From the NCBI GenBank assembly GCA_964601395.1, contig CAZRNL010000001.1, positions 1 through 47,787 of the forward strand: DNA of 47,787 nucleotides, in the 5' to 3' direction. The number at the start of each line of letters is the position of its first letter. The first letter of the stretch is position 1. The translations under genes were made by a program, and so were the position numbers. This document shows, in pieces, positions 1-8,120 of this stretch. The notes beneath the pieces are model-generated. The model did no database searches. It was not told the origin of the DNA and was given only the letters and a program-made list of their open reading frames with translations. The DNA is from an uncultured Silicimonas sp. Lineage in GTDB: Bacteria; Pseudomonadota; Alphaproteobacteria; Rhodobacterales; Rhodobacteraceae.

Positions 1-1194
1 GGCAAGACACCGATCGTCGAAGAGGGAATTGGCGAATTGGTGGCCGAAGTCGTGGCCGCAGGCAACCTGACGGCGACAGCGGATACCGACCATGCCATTC
101 GCGAGACGGACATCTCCTTCATCTGTGTCGGAACGCCCTCGGCCCCTGACGGTTCTGTCGGTTTGAAATATGTCGAAGAAGTCTGCCGCAATATCGGAGC
201 AGCGCTGGCGGGCAAGCCCGGCTATCACTCGGTTATAGTGCGCTCAACCTGCGTGCCCGGCAGCACCGAACAAAGCTGTATCCCGACGCTGGAGGAGGCC
301 TCTGGCAAAGTGGCGGGCGTAGGCTTCGGTCTGGGCTATTACCCCGAGTTCCTGCGTGAAAGCACTGCGATACAGGACTACTACGATCCCGGCCTGATCG
401 TGTTCGGAACGATGGACCAGCCGACCGAAGATGCGCTTACGGCGCTGAATCAGTCGCTGCCCTGCGAGATTCACAAGACCGATATCCGCACCGCGGAACT
501 GGTCAAATACACATCAAATGCCTGGCGCGCCGTGAAGGTGACCTTCGCCAACGAGATCGGCAACATCGCGAAGGCGTCGGGGATCGACGGACAGACCGTG
601 ATGGAGATCCTCTGCTCCGACCACAAGGTTGCGATGTCTCCGTATTTCATGCGACCCGGCTTCGCCTTTGGCGGATCGTGCCTGCCGAAAGACGTGCGCG
701 CCCTGCGGTATCTGGCACGCAGCACGGGCACCAATGCACATGTCCTGGATGCTGTGCTGGAAGCCAACGAAGCGCAGATCGCGCGGGCCGAAGCCATGGT
801 CGAAGCGTCCGGGGCGGAGAAAGTCGGCTTTGTGGGCATCAGCTTCAAGCCCGGCACCGACGACCTTCGGGAAAGTCCGCTCGTCACGCTTGCTGCTCGA
901 CTGATCGGAAAGGGGATGGACGTCTCAATCTACGATCCCTTCGTCAAGGAGGCGTTCGCAACGCAGACGCCCGGCGCGGGACGCGGCAACGAGGGCATTC
1001 CCGACCTCGAGGCACGACTGACCGACGACCTTGACGATCTGATCGAGAAATCGGGCACGGTTCTGGTCGGGAACTATTACCACGAGACGGTGGAGCGTCT
1101 CAAAACGGCCTCCGCCAAGCGCAAGGTCGTCGATCTTGCACGGCTCAACCGCGAGATGGTCAGCGACGGCAGCTACAACGGCATTTGCTGGTAA
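1..1194 (+). CDS. algD: GDP-mannose 6-dehydrogenase (5' end lies outside the window)
   Basis: Frame is open from base 1 (GKTPIVEEGIGEL...). Motifs FICVGTPS, PEFLRESTAI, GFAFGGSCLPKD (catalytic Cys), SFKPGTDDLRESP and C-terminal GICW resemble Pseudomonas AlgD. Lies directly upstream of alg8. Confidence 0.93.
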   Translation, partial: GKTPIVEEGIGELVAEVVAAGNLTATADTDHAIRETDISFICVGTPSAPDGSVGLKYVEEVCRNIGAALAGKPGYHSVIVRSTCVPGSTEQSCIPTLEEASGKVAGVGFGLGYYPEFLRESTAIQDYYDPGLIVFGTMDQPTEDALTALNQSLPCEIHKTDIRTAELVKYTSNAWRAVKVTFANEIGNIAKASGIDGQTVMEILCSDHKVAMSPYFMRPGFAFGGSCLPKDVRALRYLARSTGTNAHVLDAVLEANEAQIARAEAMVEASGAEKVGFVGISFKPGTDDLRESPLVTLAARLIGKGMDVSIYDPFVKEAFATQTPGAGRGNEGIPDLEARLTDDLDDLIEKSGTVLVGNYYHETVERLKTASAKRKVVDLARLNREMVSDGSYNGICW

Positions 1195-1203
1195 GACCGG
1201 CAA

Positions 1204-2679
1204 ATGCTTGCCCTCACCCATATAGGCTACTTCTCGGTCATCGTCCTTCTGACGATGGCCGTTCCGCCTGGATTCCTGGGTGATCCGGGCAATGCAAAGC
1301 ACGCGATCATCGTAATCGGTTTTCTCGGCGCATGGCGATATTCCTGGGCGCTTCTGAACTTCACACGGGCGGTGATCTTCAAACGATATCTCTATCCGCG
1401 CCGAAAGGCGCTGGCCTTCCGGACCTATCGGGAGAGCGGTGTCAGAAGCCACGCCTTCTTCATGGTCACATCCTACATGGTCGATCAGGACACGACCCTG
1501 ATGGTCTATCGAAGCATTTTCCGCGCCGCCGCAGCGGCCAAGGATGGTGCCACGATCGTGTCATCGGTGGTGGACGGGGCGGACGAGAGGCTGATCCGCG
1601 ACGTCTATGAGACGATGCCGATCGACATGTCGACGGTGACGCTGAAGATGGACCGGATCAAGGCGAACGGGAAACGCGATGCCATGGCGCGCGCGCTCAA
1701 GCTTCTCGCCAGTTTTTCCCCTACCCCACACGATATCATGGTCTTCGTCGACGGTGATACCGTGGTGCCGCTAGACGTCGTCGAGCAGTCCGCGCCCTGG
1801 TTCAGCGACCCGGATGTGGGCGCACTGACGACCCACGAAGCGGCAATCATCGACAAGGACAATCTGTTCAAGGACTGGTTCATCCTGCGATTCAACCAGC
1901 GCCAGGTGATGATGTGCTCGATGGGACTGTCGAAGCACGTCCTGACGCTGACCGGGCGAATGTCGGTCTTTCGCGCGAACCTCACCACACATCCCGAGTT
2001 CGTGAACGGTGTCGGGCACGACTATCTGGACCACTGGCGCCTCGGACGGGTCAACTTTCTGACCGGAGACGACAAGTCGACTTGGTACTGGTTGCTGCGA
2101 AACGGATATCAAACGCTTTACCTGCCAGATGTCGTTTCCGCGTCCGTGGAAACGCAGCCGCGAGATACGTTTTTCGATAGCGCAAAGACTCTGATGGTCC
2201 GCTGGTTCGGAAACATGATGCGGACCAATGGACGCGCTCTGAGGCTCAGCCCGAAGTCCATGGGATTCTTCACCTGGTGGTCGATCCTCGACCAGCGTGT
2301 CAGCATGTTCACCACTCTGGTCGGGCCGTTGTCGGTTACGATTACCGCTCTGCTCGGCACGCCGACCGTCGTTCCACTTTACATGGCCTGGGTGCTGATG
2401 ACCCGGTACCTGTTCTGCCTGTTCATCGCCCGCTTCAACGGGGTCTGGTTTCCCGTCACGCAGCCGCCGATCCTGTACTTTTCCCAGATCGTTGGCGCGT
2501 CGATCAAGACATTCGTCCTGTTCCGCCTCGACAAGCAGAAATGGACACGCCAAAGCACCGGCGGCAGCGGGGCGACCCTGACGGTTTTCGATCGCCTGAA
2601 GGCAACCGAGTCGACTATGCACCACGCTCTGACGCTCTGCTGGCTGACACTTGCAATCCTTTTCGTGAGCGCGGTCTAG
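1204..2679 (+). CDS. alg8: Mannuronan synthase, GT2 glycosyltransferase Alg8
   Basis: N- and C-terminal TM segments. Motifs FVDGDT, VLTLTGRMSVFRA, DHWRLGRVNFLTGDDKSTW and LMVRWFGN (LxxRW) are typical of Alg8. Confidence 0.92.
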   Translation: MLALTHIGYFSVIVLLTMAVPPGFLGDPGNAKHAIIVIGFLGAWRYSWALLNFTRAVIFKRYLYPRRKALAFRTYRESGVRSHAFFMVTSYMVDQDTTLMVYRSIFRAAAAAKDGATIVSSVVDGADERLIRDVYETMPIDMSTVTLKMDRIKANGKRDAMARALKLLASFSPTPHDIMVFVDGDTVVPLDVVEQSAPWFSDPDVGALTTHEAAIIDKDNLFKDWFILRFNQRQVMMCSMGLSKHVLTLTGRMSVFRANLTTHPEFVNGVGHDYLDHWRLGRVNFLTGDDKSTWYWLLRNGYQTLYLPDVVSASVETQPRDTFFDSAKTLMVRWFGNMMRTNGRALRLSPKSMGFFTWWSILDQRVSMFTTLVGPLSVTITALLGTPTVVPLYMAWVLMTRYLFCLFIARFNGVWFPVTQPPILYFSQIVGASIKTFVLFRLDKQKWTRQSTGGSGATLTVFDRLKATESTMHHALTLCWLTLAILFVSAV

Positions 2680-2683
2680 GGAA

Positions 2684-3748
2684 ATGTCAGTGGACACACC
2701 GAAAGCGCAGCGAAAAAGCCTGAACCTTGCAGGATCGACCAACGTGGTTCCGTATGAGTTCGGCTTCGAGAACGAGCACCCGGCGGTTTCGTTGCCGTTC
2801 AGCGTGAAGCTTTGCGGCCAACAGTTTGTCGGCTCGACCATCTCGATGACGTCCATTCATGCAATGGCGCGCGACGAGATATTCCTGATCAAGGGCACCA
2901 GGCACGCCGCACGGATTCAATTCGACTTCAAGAACTTCTCGGTGTCGATCTATCCGGAAGTGGTCGTCGTTGGCGAATACAAGGACGAGTTGGTCCTTAA
3001 GTTCGCCGATCCAACCGGGGATCACGTCGCGCAGCTTCGCTTTGTCCTGAACAGTTTCATCGCCGGCGACTTCGTGACGCTGGGGTCGGTCATGGCCTAT
3101 TCGGGACCCACCGAGCCGAAGAAGGAAAAGAAGGCGGTCGAGCAGAACTGGAAGGAAAGGTATCGCAGCCTCGCGGTGGCAACGCTTTCCGGCGTGCTGG
3201 CGCTTTGGGCCGCCAGCGCCCTCTATGTTCGCTACACCACGGGACATGAATTGCACCCCGTTCTGGTCGAGCAGGCCGGGCAGCCGATGCAGGCGACCAC
3301 GGCAGGGCAGATCTCGTATCTGAACCCGGAAGCTGGAATGGGCGAGGTGCTTTTTTCGGTAAACGCGAATAGTGGCGACGTCTTGAATTTCAAGATGCCT
3401 TGCGACTGTAACGTCGTTTTAAGTCAGGGTGTTAGTGAGGGTATCACTGTTCTTCCTACCGACGTAATTCTGACAATTTTGGTTAATAGCGTTGAGCTCA
3501 ATATCCAGGCTCTGATGAGCGTCGAAGGACTGTCGAGAGCGATGAAGGGCGACCGCGTTTACCTAGACATGGCAGATGGCCGATCCATCCCTGTCCAGAT
3601 CATCGCCGGGAAGGGCGCCAGTACGGCGGCCATGAGCGGTCAACTTTTCGTACCGGTGCAGATCGTCGCCGACGACAACCTGCTGACGGACGCCGACATC
3701 GGCAAATACGGCCAGTTGCGGTTGACGAAACCGCACTTCTGGAACTGA
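2684..3748 (+). CDS. alg44: Alg44-like co-polymerase (degenerate PilZ, TM helix, membrane-fusion-like domain)
   Basis: Follows alg8. LRFVLNSFIAGDFVTLG and KMPCDC resemble Alg44 segments, and there is one central TM helix. RxxxR and DxSxxG are not evident. Confidence 0.75.
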   Translation: MSVDTPKAQRKSLNLAGSTNVVPYEFGFENEHPAVSLPFSVKLCGQQFVGSTISMTSIHAMARDEIFLIKGTRHAARIQFDFKNFSVSIYPEVVVVGEYKDELVLKFADPTGDHVAQLRFVLNSFIAGDFVTLGSVMAYSGPTEPKKEKKAVEQNWKERYRSLAVATLSGVLALWAASALYVRYTTGHELHPVLVEQAGQPMQATTAGQISYLNPEAGMGEVLFSVNANSGDVLNFKMPCDCNVVLSQGVSEGITVLPTDVILTILVNSVELNIQALMSVEGLSRAMKGDRVYLDMADGRSIPVQIIAGKGASTAAMSGQLFVPVQIVADDNLLTDADIGKYGQLRLTKPHFWN

Positions 3749-3770
3749 GGGGGAAAATGAGGGACCTGTC

Positions 3771-5189
3771 GTGAGAAAGATTTATCCACTCATCCTCTGC
3801 GGAGGCAGCGGCACCCGGCTCTGGCCGATCTCGCGGACACGCAGCCCGAAGCAGTTTCAGAAGATCGGCGGCAAGGATTCGCTGACCTTCTTCCAGAGCG
3901 CCATTCAGCGGCACCGCAATGAACATTTCCACGAGCCCTGCATCGTCACCAGCCTGCGCCACCGCGGAACGGTCGTCAGCCAGCTGCGCGATATCCAGTC
4001 CGGCTCGCAGATCATCTGCGAACCGATGGCCCGCAACACCGGGCCGGCGGTTCTGGCCGCCGCGCATACGTTGTTCGGTCGTGACCCGAATGCCGTCATT
4101 CTGGTAATCCCCGCCGACCACGTGATCGAAGGCGACGTCAACACTACGATCGTGGCGCAACTCGACGCTGCGCTTGCCGGGCAGATCATAAGCTTCGGCA
4201 TCCCTCCCCGCAGCCCGGAAACCGGCTTTGGCTACATCCGGAAGGGTGCTGCAATGCCGGATTATCCTGGCTTGCACATCGTCGACGAGTTCGTGGAGAA
4301 ACCGCCCCTTGCGGACGCGGAGGCGCTGGTCGCAAGCGGCCTGGCCGACTGGGCCTCGGGCATATCCATGTTTTCGGCCCGCACGATCATCGAGGAGTAC
4401 GAGACCTTCGATCCCGAGACAGCGGCACACGCCAAGCGGGCGGTGATGAACGCCAGTCCGTTTCCCGAAGCGCTTTACCTGGATGCCGACGAGTTCAGCC
4501 AGACGCGTGCAGAGCCGACCGAGAAGGTTGTCTTCGAGAACAGCGAGCGGATAGCGACCACAACGCTCAACGTGAAGTGGAGCGATGTCGGCAGCTGGGC
4601 CGCAATGTACGATGTGTCGCAACAGGACGAAGACGGCAACGTGCTTCAGGGCGACGTCATCGTCGTCGACTCGAAGAACACCATGGTCCGAAGCGAGAAC
4701 CGGCTGGTCAGTGTTGTCGGCCTGTCGGATGTCATCGTCGTCGACACGACCGATGCACTTCTGGTCACGGTCCGCGACAAGTCGCAGAACGTGCGCGAGA
4801 TCGTCGATCGGCTGAAGAGACAGGCACGACCCGAAGCCGAGTACTACGCGGGGTCTGCGCCAAAGATGGTGCCCTTCACCATACCCACGGGTCTTGACGA
4901 GGTGTTGAAGACAGACAGCTTCCAACTGGGCACCAGCCAGATTCCGATCGGCGCCGCCATCGAGTTCGAGCAGGGACCGGGCCGGCAGATCATCGTGATG
5001 AAGGGGTCGGTGCACGCACAGGGCCCGTCATGGCAGAAGACCGTCCGCGACGGTGGCCGGATCTATTCGGATCCGGAAGGTTCGATCCGGATCACGAACT
5101 GCGCAGACATCGAAACCGAGCTATTGTTCATGATGTTCGATACGCCAGTGGCATCCCCCAAATCGCTTCAAAACGCGAGCCATGGTTGA
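3771..5189 (+). CDS. algA: Mannose-1-phosphate guanylyltransferase with degenerate C-terminal cupin (AlgA/ManC-like)
   Basis: Motifs ILCGGSGTRLWPISR, PKQF, EPMARNTGPA, PADH, FVEKP and WSDVGSW. GTG start with GAGG upstream. Confidence 0.85.
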   Translation: MRKIYPLILCGGSGTRLWPISRTRSPKQFQKIGGKDSLTFFQSAIQRHRNEHFHEPCIVTSLRHRGTVVSQLRDIQSGSQIICEPMARNTGPAVLAAAHTLFGRDPNAVILVIPADHVIEGDVNTTIVAQLDAALAGQIISFGIPPRSPETGFGYIRKGAAMPDYPGLHIVDEFVEKPPLADAEALVASGLADWASGISMFSARTIIEEYETFDPETAAHAKRAVMNASPFPEALYLDADEFSQTRAEPTEKVVFENSERIATTTLNVKWSDVGSWAAMYDVSQQDEDGNVLQGDVIVVDSKNTMVRSENRLVSVVGLSDVIVVDTTDALLVTVRDKSQNVREIVDRLKRQARPEAEYYAGSAPKMVPFTIPTGLDEVLKTDSFQLGTSQIPIGAAIEFEQGPGRQIIVMKGSVHAQGPSWQKTVRDGGRIYSDPEGSIRITNCADIETELLFMMFDTPVASPKSLQNASHG

Positions 5190-6696
5190 TGGATCACGAA
5201 TACATGCCTGGTGGGGCAGAACTGCGGTCGCGCTAAGCGTCGGCGCTGCACTGTCGCTGCCCGCTGCGGCCGCGCCGGACTGGCAGCTGGTCGCGCTTCG
5301 CACACAGCTGACAACACTGTCCGACGCGCTTCGCGACGATGGCCCGATGCGAGACCGCAGCGTCGCGGACCTTGTCGGCGACATGGATATTCCCGAGCTT
5401 GCGGGACTTGCGATTGCGCCCAACGCACATTTGCCTTCCAGCAAAACGGCTGAACTTTCCTGGACTGACAAGCGGTTTGCACTTGCGTCCATGGCTCAGA
5501 TCTACGGCGGCGAAGACAACCGCGATGTGTTGGCTGCCGGCCGCGAGGACGAAGCTCTCCAAGTGGTGTCAGGCGTTCTGACGCTGGACCAGTTGCGCGC
5601 GCGTCTGACCCCCAGGCATCTCGGCTGGGACGTCACGGAGGGCGCTGACGTGTTGCGCGTACCCTTGATCATAGGACCTGACGCAACACTGAAGCTGAAC
5701 TCCGGCGAAACGCTGCTTTTGGGTCGCGACGATGGAGCCTTCATCGTCAACTATGGCCGACTGGAGGTCGAAGACGGCGAGATCTCGGCAACGGGTTCGG
5801 TTCCGGAAGACACGAACTTGTTCAGCCCATTCATCGCCTCCGTCGGATCCGGCACGGTGTATGTTACAAACTCCACCTTCCGGCGTCTCGGATTCGGATT
5901 CTCGGCCAAATTCTCCGGTTTCTCGATCATCGCGCACCCCACCATGCGACCCCGCGAACGCAATGTCGTCGAGGGCTCCCGGTTCGATGAATTGGTGACT
6001 GTCGCCCTGGTGGGTATCAGACATGCCGAACTGCGCGGCAATCGTTTCTTCGACATGCGGCGGAACCCGCTTCTGGTCTCGCGATCACCCGACGCGCTCA
6101 TCGACGGAAACCTTTTCTCCGGCCCCTCGCCCACCAATGCTATCCGGGTTTCAAACGGGTCGGATCGCACGCGGCTGGTGCGTAACATCATTCTGGAGGG
6201 ATCGCGCGCCGGGCTTCTTGTTTCGTCCGGCAGCGACAATGTTATGGTGTTGCAGAACGTCATCTGGAAGCGGAATGGCGGCGGAATAAAACTGCACGAC
6301 GTGACCTGCGGTCAGATCGAAGCCAACGTGATCCTGGACGACAAGCAGAAGGGCGTCGAGATTCGCAGCAGCCGGAACGCGCAGGTGCTCCGCAACCGGA
6401 TTATCGGAAATACGAACGCCGCTGTCTGGGTCTCGGCCCAGAAGCCGGAAGACGTGACATATGTGATCGACAACCTGATGCGTGAAAACGGTTCGGGTCT
6501 GAGTGCCGCCAGTGGAGGAGACATAGCCCTCAAGGGCAATGATCTCTCCAACCAGTTTCCACGTTTCCTGGACGGGGATATCACCCAGCAGTTCCGGGCG
6601 ATCATCGCGGACCTGAAGGGGAACACTCCCATTCTGCTCGACTCGGGAGGCGTCCGTCCCACCGGACAATTGGCGCCGCCGTCGTGTGCTCTGTGA
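5182..6696 (+). CDS. algG: AlgG-like right-handed beta-helix periplasmic protein (mannuronan C5-epimerase homolog)
   Basis: Signal-peptide-like N-terminus. LRVPLIIGPDATL, GAFIVNYGRL and FSPFI segments and parallel beta-helix repeats resemble AlgG. Alginate operon context. Confidence 0.72.
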   Translation: MVDGSRIHAWWGRTAVALSVGAALSLPAAAAPDWQLVALRTQLTTLSDALRDDGPMRDRSVADLVGDMDIPELAGLAIAPNAHLPSSKTAELSWTDKRFALASMAQIYGGEDNRDVLAAGREDEALQVVSGVLTLDQLRARLTPRHLGWDVTEGADVLRVPLIIGPDATLKLNSGETLLLGRDDGAFIVNYGRLEVEDGEISATGSVPEDTNLFSPFIASVGSGTVYVTNSTFRRLGFGFSAKFSGFSIIAHPTMRPRERNVVEGSRFDELVTVALVGIRHAELRGNRFFDMRRNPLLVSRSPDALIDGNLFSGPSPTNAIRVSNGSDRTRLVRNIILEGSRAGLLVSSGSDNVMVLQNVIWKRNGGGIKLHDVTCGQIEANVILDDKQKGVEIRSSRNAQVLRNRIIGNTNAAVWVSAQKPEDVTYVIDNLMRENGSGLSAASGGDIALKGNDLSNQFPRFLDGDITQQFRAIIADLKGNTPILLDSGGVRPTGQLAPPSCAL

Positions 6697-6816
6697 GTTC
6701 CAGTTTCTGATCCCTCGCAAAGCACCCGATAGCGATGCAACGGTGGTTTGGGTAAGGTTATCCTGGCAGTAACGATGGCGAAAATCGCCACAAGTGACGG
6801 ACATGGATCCGGAGAG

Positions 6817-8118
6817 ATGCAGGCAGTGAAGACCACAGGACAGAGCCGGGAAGGCCGGGCGACACAAAAGGCGAGGCTTCTTGCGTTGCTGGTCGCTGCC
6901 GGAATGATGCTTCTGTCTACTCCTCTGTCTGCTCAATCCCGCTTTGGCTGCGAAGGTCTGGAAACTTTGCCGACGCCGATGGTCGAGGGGCTTGGAGGCG
7001 TCTTCTACCGGATCGACCCCGACCTGCTGATGGAGACCCGAGTCCCGGATGCGGTTGTCACGGCAGCCGCCACGCTGTCGCGAGCGCTTGAAGAACGGGG
7101 AACCCGCCTGATCTTCGTGCCGGTTCCCACCAAGGCTCTGGTCATGCCCGGGCAGCTTGGGCCCGAACCGATCCGCTTCGCCTATGATGTGCGGACCGCC
7201 AATGCCCTTTATGCCGACAGTGTGTCGCGGCTGCGCGCCGAAGGCGTGACGACCGTCGATGCGGTTGAGAGCCTTGTAGGGAAAGGTGACGATGAACCCG
7301 TCGTCTTCAAGACCGACTCCCGCCTGACAAACCACGGATTGAGAATGCTGGCCGAGGCCATTGCCGCAGAGGCAGGCACGGCGGGTCTGGGCGCAGAACA
7401 GTTCGTGACCGAAGAAGTCGGCGACATCATCCTCGAGTCCCGGGAACGCTTCAAACTGCAGTTTGCCTGTCAGGCGGAATTGCCACAGGTGCGGACCAAA
7501 GGTTTCAAAACCTTGCCAATAACCGAGACCGAAGGCGTGGCCGATATTGCTGTGGCCGGAACTACGATGACCGGGGCTGTCGGGCTGAACTTCGCGGGAT
7601 TTCTTGCCAAGGCCACCGGCCATAGTGTTGCCCACGAGATTATCGCCGACGACGCCACGGCCGCGCTGGCAGCCTATTTGACATCCGACCGCTTCAAAAC
7701 CGAGGAGCCGGCTTTTTTGGTCTGGCTCCTGCCGATCTGGAGCAATCCGTCCCGTTTCGGGGATCAGCCACTACGTGAACTGGTCGCTGCGGCCAACGGC
7801 GCATGCGGAGCGGAAATCCAGGGTGAGCGCCTTTCGGGGGGAAGTTTCCGTTTCGACTTGCGCTCCGTGCCTCTGGACGGCGGCAGAAGCCTCAGATTGG
7901 CGACGGCCGACGAGCCTGTCGTCGAGGCGGCGTTCCGGTTTGAATCCGGAACCGGCGATGTACGAAGCCGGTCGGTCGTGCGAACCGATCCGGCGCTCGC
8001 GACAAGTCGCCTATACGTTCCCATGTCCGGACTCTGGCCCGATGGGCCCACCAGCGTTGCGGTCGATATCGCCGGCTCACCAGATACCATCCCGACACTC
8101 GCAGTGTGTGAGGGGTGA
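6817..8118 (+). CDS. algX: AlgX-like protein (SGNH-like domain plus C-terminal carbohydrate-binding module)
   Basis: Signal peptide. Segments VEGLGGVFYRIDPDL, RGTRLIFVPVPTK, FKTD, LNFAGFL, YLTSDRF...PAFLVW and RELVAA..GAC resemble AlgX. Start is uncertain (ATG 6817 or GTG 6826). Confidence 0.75.
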   Translation: MQAVKTTGQSREGRATQKARLLALLVAAGMMLLSTPLSAQSRFGCEGLETLPTPMVEGLGGVFYRIDPDLLMETRVPDAVVTAAATLSRALEERGTRLIFVPVPTKALVMPGQLGPEPIRFAYDVRTANALYADSVSRLRAEGVTTVDAVESLVGKGDDEPVVFKTDSRLTNHGLRMLAEAIAAEAGTAGLGAEQFVTEEVGDIILESRERFKLQFACQAELPQVRTKGFKTLPITETEGVADIAVAGTTMTGAVGLNFAGFLAKATGHSVAHEIIADDATAALAAYLTSDRFKTEEPAFLVWLLPIWSNPSRFGDQPLRELVAAANGACGAEIQGERLSGGSFRFDLRSVPLDGGRSLRLATADEPVVEAAFRFESGTGDVRSRSVVRTDPALATSRLYVPMSGLWPDGPTSVAVDIAGSPDTIPTLAVCEG

Positions 8119-8120
8119 TC

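Noticed and set aside
3600-7635. Long minus-strand ORFs 3600-5015 and 6151-7635
   Set aside because: Shadows of algA, algG and algX.
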